Part shown: positions 37,716 to 45,105 of the stretch, piece by piece
Layout of the letters: each line of letters begins with the position of its first letter
Position numbering within the stretch: position 1 is the stretch's first letter
Origin: Candidatus Eiseniibacteriota bacterium
Lineage (GTDB): Bacteria; Eisenbacteria; RBG-16-71-46; JABDJR01
Direction of reading: 5' to 3'
Assembly: GCA_963728475.1 (NCBI GenBank)
Contig: CAVSKL010000002.1
Location: 558,365-622,364 of the forward strand
Length of the DNA: 64,000 nucleotides
Made by a program: the position numbers and the translations under genes
Notes under the pieces: model-generated
The model's input: only the letters and a program-made list of their open reading frames with translations
The model's database searches: none
Told to the model about the DNA's origin: nothing

Positions 37716-40700
37716 TCAGCCGGCCCGGCGGAGGCTCTGGGAGAGCACCCGGGAGACCAGGGCGATGAGGTCCCGGTTCCGGAACGGCTTGTTGAGACGG
37801 AACACCCAGGGGTCCCCTTCCGCTTCCAGGGTCTGGACGGCGGAGCGGTCGGTGATGAAGATCACCGGGAACCGCTCCTGGCGGGCGCGGACCCGGCGGT
37901 ACATCTCGGTGCTGCCGCCGCCGGCCAGGCCGTGGCTGAGGATCACCAGGTCGCAGGGGCGGCTTTCCAGGAGGTCCTCGGCGGTCCGCGCGTCCCCCGC
38001 CATCTGCACCTGGTGCCCGAGGCTGCCCAGGAGTTCCCCCACCAGGTCGCGCAACGCGGGGTCGTCGTCCACCACCAGGATGCGTCCGGTGCAGTCGAGG
38101 CTCCGCGGCGGGCGCGGCCCCGGTTCCTCCTCGACCCGCTCGTGCAGGGTGCGGATGGGGAGGACCACCGTGAACGCGGTCCCCTGCCCGGGAGAGCTGA
38201 CCACCCGGATCGCTCCGCCGTGGTCGCGCACGATGTTGTAGGCGGTGGAGAGCCCCAGGCCGGTGCCGGGGGTCTTGGCCCCGGAGAGCGCGCCCTTGGT
38301 GGTGAAGAACGGCTCGAAGATCCGGCTCAGGTGGTCGGAGCGGATCCCCACCCCGGTGTCGTTGATGCGGATCTCGATCTGGCTCCCCTCCGTCCCCGTC
38401 TCCACCGTGAGTTGCCCCCCCGCCTCCATCGCCTGATGGGCGTTGATGAGGAGGTTCAGGAACACCTGCTGGATCTTGCCGGGATCGGCCACGGTGAGCG
38501 GAACCCGCCCGATCTTCCGGGTCACCCGGATGTTCGACTTCTCGAACTGGCGGTTGAGGAGGAGCAGGGTGTCGGTGAGGATCTGGTTCAAGTCCACCGG
38601 CTCCCGGCGGCCGGGACGGCGGCGGCTGAAGGTGAGGAGACTCGAGGTCAACTCGCGCGCCCGCTCCGAGGAGCGGAGGATGATCTCCACGCCCTTGCCC
38701 ACCACCTCGGGGTTGGGGTGTTCCTTCATGAACTGGGCGTAGCCGTAGATGGAGGCGATGAGGTTGTTGAACTCGTGGGCCACCCCCGCCGCCAGCTGCC
38801 CCACCGCCGACATCTTGCTCGACTGGAGCAACTGGCTCTCGATCTCCTTGAGATCGGTCACGTCCTTGAACAGGAGCACCTCGCCGCTCCGCTCGTCCGC
38901 CTTACCGCTGTGGACCGAGGACACCGAGCAGAGGAAGGTGCGTCCGCGGATGGCGTACTCCTGGGTGACGTTGCGCTCCGCCCCCGCCCGCACCCGTCCC
39001 AGCGCCTCCCGCACCACCGCGAAGTCGGGGCCCTGGAGGAGGTCGAGCACCGGCGTGCCCACCCGGTCGCCCTCGCCCAGGTTGAGCATCCGGGTGGCGG
39101 CGGCGTTCAAGAGCAGCACCCGGCCGTCCTTGTCCGCGAACGCCACCCCCTCCTCCATGTGCTGGAGCATGGTCACGAGCCGGGTCCGCTCCTCGCGGAT
39201 CCCCGCGATGAGCCGGGCGTTCTCGAACGCGATGGCGGCCTGGCTGGAGAAGATCTCCACCGTGTTCAGGTCCACCGGGTCGAAGGTGCGCCCCTCCAGC
39301 TTGTGCAGGGTGAGGACCCCGATCAGCCGGTCGGCGCAGATGAGCGGCGCGGCCAGGATCGCCTCCGGCTCCAGCGGGGTGTCCGGGATCTGCACCGAGC
39401 GCGGGTCCATCTCGGCGTGGTTGATGATCTCGCCGCGGCGGCAGGCGGCCACGGTGCCGGTGATCCCCTCCCCCATCCGGATCCGGGCCTTCATCACCTG
39501 TTCCGCGTAGGCGCCCAGGCACACCACCGGGAGCAGGAGGCTCCCGCCGTCGTCGACCAGGAACAGGGTGGCCTCGTCGGCCTCGCACAGGTCGCGGGCG
39601 CGGCGGGCCACCACCGCGGGCACTTCGCTCAGGTCCGCGGTGGAGGAAACCGCATGGCTCATGTCCAGAAGCTCGGCGAAGTTCCGCGTGCTTCGTTCCT
39701 GGCTCTCGGCCACCTGGCGGCTGTGAAGAATGAGGCCGATCTGCTGCCCCAGGAGGCGGAGGGAATCCCGCTCCTCGCCCAGCATGATCGGCCGGGGCTC
39801 GGTGCGCTGGCAGAGGAGCATGCCCAGGGGGCGGTCGGCCTGCCGGAGCGGCACCAGGAGCAGGGCCCCGGTCTCCTCCAGGTCCAGCCGGCCCGCCACC
39901 CGCTCGGGAAGAAGGATATGGCGGCGAGGATCGAGCATGGAAATCGGATGGCCGTCGAGCACCTGGGAGAGCACCGGGGTGCTTTCGATCCGCAGGCTGG
40001 GCAGGAGGCGGGAGCGCGACGGGTCCCCCTTGCCGCGGTCGTACACCGCCTCGCAGGTGAGCCAGCTCGCGTCCTCGTTGACCAGGTAGACCGCGCAGCG
40101 GTCGAGGTCGAGCAGGTCGGTGAGGCGCCGGGTGAGATAGTCGCAGGTCTCGCGGATGCGCGCGAACGCGCTCATGTCCTCGATCAGCTCCTGGGCGATG
40201 GCCAGGAAGTGCGATTGCTGGCGATGGCGGAGGATCAACACCAGGTGCTGGAGCACCGCCGCCAGGGTGTCGAGGGTTCCGTCGACGCGGGCCACCGCCT
40301 CCGGCGTGAACGCTCCGGGTCGGCGGCTGATCAGGTTCAGGCTCCCCACCCGGTGGCCCTCGGAGACCAGCGGGAAGCGGGCCAGCGCCCGGAATCCCTC
40401 CCGGTACACCGCTTCCTCCACCGGAGACCGGGGGGAGGCCGAGGCGAGATCGTTGATCAGCGTCCGCGCCTCCGGGGTCCGGTCGGAGGAGAGCTGGATT
40501 ACGCCGGGCTCGCCGGTGGAGATGGGGGGGGCGAAGGTCATGGGGGCCCCGGTCCAGAGGACGAGCTTCTCCTCCGGCCCTTCGGGACCGTCCCGGGGAA
40601 TGGTCACCGAGGCGCGATCGACCCCCAACGTCTCCCGGAGTCCATCCAGGAGCCGTTGCAGCGACTCCTTGGGGTGGGCGCCGGGCGCGTCGTGCAGGGA

Positions 40701-40748
40701 CGGCTCGCCGGCCGGTGCGCTTGGGGTCTCGCCGTGCGGTTGGGCCAT
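37716..40748 (-). CDS. Cytoplasmic hybrid histidine kinase (3xGAF-PAS-HisKA-HATPase-receiver)
   Basis: HEFNN, NLLINA, DTGVG, FEPFFTTK, GTGLGL; C-terminal REC with ILSH in place of the phospho-Asp. Confidence 0.9.
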   Translation of the reverse strand: MAQPHGETPSAPAGEPSLHDAPGAHPKESLQRLLDGLRETLGVDRASVTIPRDGPEGPEEKLVLWTGAPMTFAPPISTGEPGVIQLSSDRTPEARTLINDLASASPRSPVEEAVYREGFRALARFPLVSEGHRVGSLNLISRRPGAFTPEAVARVDGTLDTLAAVLQHLVLILRHRQQSHFLAIAQELIEDMSAFARIRETCDYLTRRLTDLLDLDRCAVYLVNEDASWLTCEAVYDRGKGDPSRSRLLPSLRIESTPVLSQVLDGHPISMLDPRRHILLPERVAGRLDLEETGALLLVPLRQADRPLGMLLCQRTEPRPIMLGEERDSLRLLGQQIGLILHSRQVAESQERSTRNFAELLDMSHAVSSTADLSEVPAVVARRARDLCEADEATLFLVDDGGSLLLPVVCLGAYAEQVMKARIRMGEGITGTVAACRRGEIINHAEMDPRSVQIPDTPLEPEAILAAPLICADRLIGVLTLHKLEGRTFDPVDLNTVEIFSSQAAIAFENARLIAGIREERTRLVTMLQHMEEGVAFADKDGRVLLLNAAATRMLNLGEGDRVGTPVLDLLQGPDFAVVREALGRVRAGAERNVTQEYAIRGRTFLCSVSSVHSGKADERSGEVLLFKDVTDLKEIESQLLQSSKMSAVGQLAAGVAHEFNNLIASIYGYAQFMKEHPNPEVVGKGVEIILRSSERARELTSSLLTFSRRRPGRREPVDLNQILTDTLLLLNRQFEKSNIRVTRKIGRVPLTVADPGKIQQVFLNLLINAHQAMEAGGQLTVETGTEGSQIEIRINDTGVGIRSDHLSRIFEPFFTTKGALSGAKTPGTGLGLSTAYNIVRDHGGAIRVVSSPGQGTAFTVVLPIRTLHERVEEEPGPRPPRSLDCTGRILVVDDDPALRDLVGELLGSLGHQVQMAGDARTAEDLLESRPCDLVILSHGLAGGGSTEMYRRVRARQERFPVIFITDRSAVQTLEAEGDPWVFRLNKPFRNRDLIALVSRVLSQSLRRAG

Positions 40749-40790
40749 GGGCTTGTTCGGATACCTTCTCCGGGGTCCTCCTCGGCCCTG

Positions 40791-40817
40791 GTATCGGCCG
40801 GATCCGCTGCGGCTTGA
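40791..40817 (-). promoter_or_regulatory. Putative sigma28 (FliA/SigD/WhiG-type) promoter of the hybrid kinase
   Basis: TCAAG-N14-GCCGATAC on the minus strand, about 40 bp upstream of the ATG. Confidence 0.5.
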
Positions 40818-40832
40818 AGGAATCCCGCGCCG

Positions 40833-40861
40833 TTGACACCGGGGGTCCGGGTTGCTAAACT
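40833..40861 (+). promoter_or_regulatory. Sigma70 promoter of rpsT
   Basis: TTGACA-N17-TAAACT with extended -10 TG. Confidence 0.7.
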
Positions 40862-40924
40862 GCAGCGCTCGTTTCAGCTATGGAGAAGGAAACGGGGCCG
40901 AGGGCCCCGCGTGAGGAGATTCCG

Positions 40925-41176
40925 ATGCCCCATCACAAGTCGGCGGTCAAGCGGCTGAAGACCAACGAGGTGTCCCGCCAGCGGAACGCCGCGGTCAAGT
41001 CCACTTTGCGCAAGCAGTTGAAGAAGCAGGGGAACACCCAGGGCGAGGAGGCCGAGGGCCTGCTCCCCGCGACCTACAGCGAGATCGACACCGCCGCCCG
41101 CAAGGGGGTCATCCCCAAGGCCCGCGCCAACCGCCTGAAGTCCCGCGCCGCCCGCCACACCAAGACCCCCGCCTGA
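40925..41176 (+). CDS. rpsT: 30S ribosomal protein S20
   Basis: MPHHKSAVKR...RN, IDTAARKGVIPKARANRLKSR; GAGGAG SD. Confidence 0.93.
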   Translation: MPHHKSAVKRLKTNEVSRQRNAAVKSTLRKQLKKQGNTQGEEAEGLLPATYSEIDTAARKGVIPKARANRLKSRAARHTKTPA

Positions 41177-41183
41177 TCCCCTC

Positions 41184-41204
41184 CGCCGGGGGCGGTCCCC
41201 GGCG
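41184..41204. terminator. Hairpin between convergent rpsT and dapA
   Basis: CGCCGGGG/CCCCGGCG stem; no U-tract. Confidence 0.35.
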
Positions 41205-41209
41205 CGGCC

Positions 41210-42091
41210 TCAGCGGACCGCGCCGATCCCCAGGGCGTCCATCTCGCGCGCGAGCAGCGCTTCCGTACCCTCCCCTACCGGGGTGAGGGGAAGCCGGAGT
41301 TCGTTGCCCATCAACCCCATCCGGGCCAGGGCCGCCTTCACCGGAGCGGGATTGGTCTCCGCGAAGAGCGCCTTGATGAGCGGAAAGATCCGGCGGTGGA
41401 GCGCGGCCGCTTCCCCGGTCCGGCCCTCCCGCGCGTGGCCCACCAAGGCCACCATCTCCTTGCCCGCCACGTGCGCCGCCACCGACACCACCCCCTTCGC
41501 CCCCACCGACATCATGGGTAGGGTGAGCGAATCGTCGCCGGAGAGCACGGTGAGGTCGCATCCGGCGAGAATCTCGGTGACCTGGTCCAGCGACCCCGAG
41601 GCCTCCTTCACCGCCGCGATGCGGGGGTGTTTGGCCAGCTCGACGAGGGTGGCGGGAAGGATGTTGACCGCGGTGCGGCCGGGGATGTTGTAGACGATCA
41701 TGGGGAGGTCCACCGCGTCGGCCACCGCGGTGAAGTGCGCGAGGAGCCCCCGGGGGCCGGGCTTGTTGTAGTAGGGGCCGGAGAGCATGATCCCGTCCAC
41801 CCCCGCCTCCTTCGCGCGCCGGGAGTTCTCGATGCTGGTGCGGGTGGAGTTGGTGCCGGTTCCCGCCACCACGAACGCCTTTCCCCGGGCCTCCTCCACC
41901 GTGATCCGCCACACCCGTTCCCGCTCCGCGTCGTCCAGGGTGGCCGCCTCGCCGGTGGAACCGGTGGGCACCAGCCCGTGCACCCCCTGGGCGAGCAGAT
42001 GACGGATGAGCCCGCGGAGCGAGTCCTCGTCCAGCTCCCCGTTCCGGAACGGGGTCACGATCGCCACCGATACGCCTTCGAACATGATCAC
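41210..42091 (-). CDS. dapA: 4-hydroxy-tetrahydrodipicolinate synthase
   Basis: GSTGE, PYYNKP, YNIPGRT, KEASG, SGDD, NPAPVK. Confidence 0.96.
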   Translation of the reverse strand: MIMFEGVSVAIVTPFRNGELDEDSLRGLIRHLLAQGVHGLVPTGSTGEAATLDDAERERVWRITVEEARGKAFVVAGTGTNSTRTSIENSRRAKEAGVDGIMLSGPYYNKPGPRGLLAHFTAVADAVDLPMIVYNIPGRTAVNILPATLVELAKHPRIAAVKEASGSLDQVTEILAGCDLTVLSGDDSLTLPMMSVGAKGVVSVAAHVAGKEMVALVGHAREGRTGEAAALHRRIFPLIKALFAETNPAPVKAALARMGLMGNELRLPLTPVGEGTEALLAREMDALGIGAVR

Positions 42092-42149
42092 CTCCGGGCC
42101 CGGTCCCGGCCGGGCCGATTGCGTGCTGCGCCGGCCGTCCCCCGCCCGG

Positions 42150-43223
42150 TCAGCCGGCGCAGACGGGGGCGGGCCGGGGCGGAAGCTCTTGCTTGCCCGC
42201 CGGATGCACGATCACCGGGCCGTCGTAGAACGTCTCCGCCTCCTCCCGGTCCTTCCGGCCGTTCCGGTTGCCGTCGCAGAAAGCGGCCAGGCGGTAGGTC
42301 CCCGGCGGCACGTTCTTCACATCATAGGCCCCGTCGTCCCCGACCCGGACCTTGGCCTTCACCTCGGCGGAGTCGGCTCCGGTGCCGAAGAGCTCCACCC
42401 ACCGCGCGGTGGAGTCCTCCGGCGAGCGGGTGAACGACCCGGTCACCTCCCCCGGGGCCTCGGGGTCCACCAGGCGAAGGGCCATGGTCGCTTCGGAGCC
42501 CCCCGGGGTCAAGACCAGCGATTCGGGGCTCGCGCTCACGAACTCGCCGCTCCCCGAGATCACCCGGTTCCCGTCCAGGTCGAGCATGGCGATGAGCCAC
42601 CGCCGCCGCCCGTCCGTCCGGAGCCCGTCCAGGACGTACCGGCCGTCGGCGCGGGCCTGGGTCACCGCCTCCGGCTCGGTGGTGGAGGGATCGGGCACGG
42701 TGTCGGCGGCGCCGGGATAGAGCCCCACCAGCACCTGGCCCCGGGCGGTCCCGCTCCCCCCGCGGGTCACCGTCTCCACCTTGCCCGACACCCGCCCCGG
42801 CCACAGGCGGTCCCCGGTGGAGAAGATCCACCGGTAGGGCTCGGGCATGGCGTTGGCGGTGTTCTCGCGCTTGCGGTCGGTGATCACGGTGGTGAGCAGC
42901 ACCCCCACCGTGGCCGACTCCGGAAACGCGCGGCCGGGGTGGATCACCACCGTCTCCCCGGAGACGTCGAACCGGGGCTTGGAGGTGCCGCCCGGAGCCA
43001 CCCACAGGGCGCGCTCCAGGGTGGAGCGCTCCACCTTCTCGCTGAAGGTGACGGTGATCACGGTGTCCACCGGCACCCCCACCGCCAGGCTCTCCGGCGA
43101 TACCGCGGTCACCGCCGGCGCGGTGGTGTCGAGGGGTCCGCCGGGGGGGGGGAGCACGCGGGCGCAGCCGGCCAGGAGGACGGCGGCGAGCGCCGCCCAC
43201 CCCGCCCGAGGCCTCAGCGCCAC
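42150..43223 (-). CDS. Ig-like (Big_5) domain lipoprotein
   Basis: Lipobox LAGC followed by PPPGGPLDTTAP, TFSE, FSTG; GTG start overlaps the argF end. Confidence 0.75.
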   Translation of the reverse strand: MALRPRAGWAALAAVLLAGCARVLPPPGGPLDTTAPAVTAVSPESLAVGVPVDTVITVTFSEKVERSTLERALWVAPGGTSKPRFDVSGETVVIHPGRAFPESATVGVLLTTVITDRKRENTANAMPEPYRWIFSTGDRLWPGRVSGKVETVTRGGSGTARGQVLVGLYPGAADTVPDPSTTEPEAVTQARADGRYVLDGLRTDGRRRWLIAMLDLDGNRVISGSGEFVSASPESLVLTPGGSEATMALRLVDPEAPGEVTGSFTRSPEDSTARWVELFGTGADSAEVKAKVRVGDDGAYDVKNVPPGTYRLAAFCDGNRNGRKDREEAETFYDGPVIVHPAGKQELPPRPAPVCAG

Positions 43224-44149
43224 CCCTCCCCCAGAAGCCGCACCAGGAGCGCGTTCTGGGCGTGCATGCGGTTCTCGGCCTGGTCGAAGACCCGGGAGCG
43301 GGGTCCGTCGATCACCTCCGCCGCCACCTCCTCGCCGCGATGGGCGGGGAGGCAGTGGAGGAAGATCGCGTCGGCGGCGGCGCGCTCCATGAGCGCGGAG
43401 GTCACCCGGTAGGGCTCGAAGATCGCGGCGCGGGCCTCCTTCTCCTGCTCCTGGCCCATGCTCGCCCACACGTCGGTGTAGATGACGTGCGCCCCGGCCG
43501 CCGCGCGGGCGGGGTCGTGCTCGATCCGGACCCGGTCCCCGGCGTCGGCGCGCACCGCCTCCAGGAAGGCGGGCTCGGGGGCGAAGCCCTCGGGGCAGGC
43601 CAGCACCACCTCGATGGGGAGCCGCCGCGCCGCGTTCATCCACGACCGGGCCACGTTGTTGCCGTCTCCCACGAACACGATCCGCCGTCCGTCCAGCTCG
43701 GGGAAGCTCTCGCGTACCGTGGCCAGGTCGGCCACGATCTGGCAGGGGTGAAAGGAATCGGTGAGGCCGTTCAGGACCGGCACCGAGGCGTGGGCGGCCA
43801 GCTCCTCCACCCACGCGTGGGAGAAGGTGCGGATCATGATCCCGTCCACGAACCGGGAGAGGACCTCGGCGATGTCGGACACCGATTCGCGCGTGCCCAT
43901 GCCGATCTCCTGATTGGAAATATGGATCGCGGTCCCCCCCATCCGGTTCATGCCGCTCTCGAAGGACACCCGGGTGCGGAGGCTCGGCTTGTGGAAGACC
44001 AGGCCCAGCACCTTCCCGGCGAAGGGGCGGCGGAGCCAACCCCGGTGGTACTCCTGCTTGAGCTCCGCGGCCAGGTTCAGGATGTCCCACAGCTCGGCGG
44101 TGGAGAGATCGGTCACGGTGAGAAAGTCGCGTTTGGCCATGCCGTTCAT
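43214..44149 (-). CDS. argF: Ornithine carbamoyltransferase
   Basis: SLRTRVSF, HPCQ, GDGNNV, TDVWASMG, HCLP. Confidence 0.95.
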   Translation of the reverse strand: MNGMAKRDFLTVTDLSTAELWDILNLAAELKQEYHRGWLRRPFAGKVLGLVFHKPSLRTRVSFESGMNRMGGTAIHISNQEIGMGTRESVSDIAEVLSRFVDGIMIRTFSHAWVEELAAHASVPVLNGLTDSFHPCQIVADLATVRESFPELDGRRIVFVGDGNNVARSWMNAARRLPIEVVLACPEGFAPEPAFLEAVRADAGDRVRIEHDPARAAAGAHVIYTDVWASMGQEQEKEARAAIFEPYRVTSALMERAAADAIFLHCLPAHRGEEVAAEVIDGPRSRVFDQAENRMHAQNALLVRLLGEGWR

Positions 44150-45045
44150 TCCTCGGGCTTCGTCCCCGCCCGCGGATGGGCCTGGGCGTGCGCGGCGCGA
44201 AGCCGTTCCATGGTGACGTGGGTGTAGACCTGGGTGCTGGCGAGGGAGGCATGGCCCAGGAGTTCCTGGACCGCGCGCAGCTCCGCCCCGTTGTCGAGCA
44301 GATGGGTGGCGAAGGTGTGGCGGAGGAGGTGGGGGCTGAGCCGCGCCCGGCTCGCGATCCGCCTCAGATGCCGGGTCACGATGCGCTGCACGGTGCGGGG
44401 GGAGATCGGGCCGTTCCGCCCGGCGAAGAGCGGCGCGTCCGGATCCGAGGCCCCCCGATCGGCCAGGTACCGGTCCAGGGCGGCCCGGGCGGCGCTCCCC
44501 ACCGGTACCCGGCGTTCCTTGTTCCCCTTCCCCCGGACCAGGAGGAGCCCGCTCGAGCGCGCCAGGTCCCGGACCCGGAGGCCCACCAGCTCCGAGAGCC
44601 GGATGCCGGTGCCGTAGAGAAGCTCCACCACCGCCCGGTCGCGGGCTCCGGGGCCGTTCTCGTCCCAGCCGGGCCCGTCCAGGAGCCGGGCCAGATCCTC
44701 CTTGCTCAGGAACGGGGGCAGGCGCTTGGGGAGCCGGGGGCCCTTGAGATCCGGCCCCATCACCACCCCGGTCACTCCGCGGCGGCCCAGGTAGCGGCGG
44801 AAGGACCGGAGGGTGGCCAGCCGGCGGGCCACGGTGCGGGCGGAGAGCCCCCGCCGGGTGAGGTCGCGGAGGTAGTCGCGCACCATCTCCTCGTCCACTT
44901 CCTCCGCCGCCGGGATCCGTCCCCGGCGCCGCTCCAGGAAGGCCTCGAAGTCGCCCAGGTCCCGGCGGTACGCCTCCACCGTGCGCGGCGAGTACCGCCG
45001 CGCGGTGCGGAGATGGTCGAGGAACACCGGGACCCGCGTCTGCAT
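44146..45045 (-). CDS. xerC: Tyrosine recombinase XerC
   Basis: RDRAVVELLYGTGIRLSE, GKGNKER, SPHLLRHTFATH, LLGHASLASTQVYTH, AHPRA. Confidence 0.9.
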   Translation of the reverse strand: MQTRVPVFLDHLRTARRYSPRTVEAYRRDLGDFEAFLERRRGRIPAAEEVDEEMVRDYLRDLTRRGLSARTVARRLATLRSFRRYLGRRGVTGVVMGPDLKGPRLPKRLPPFLSKEDLARLLDGPGWDENGPGARDRAVVELLYGTGIRLSELVGLRVRDLARSSGLLLVRGKGNKERRVPVGSAARAALDRYLADRGASDPDAPLFAGRNGPISPRTVQRIVTRHLRRIASRARLSPHLLRHTFATHLLDNGAELRAVQELLGHASLASTQVYTHVTMERLRAAHAQAHPRAGTKPEE

Positions 45046-45105
45046 GGCGGCGAGGATATCAGGAGCGGGGGGCCCGGGATCGGGGGGCGGCGCCCGCGGG
45101 CGGCC

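Noticed and set aside
42092-42149. Lysine riboswitch upstream of dapA
   Set aside because: The intergenic gap is only 58 bp and has no L-box features
34806-45045. The two tyrosine recombinases as phage, integron or ICE integrases, or an IMEX at dif
   Set aside because: They have XerC/XerD size and motifs and a housekeeping context; no second dif/att copy, cassette or phage gene was seen
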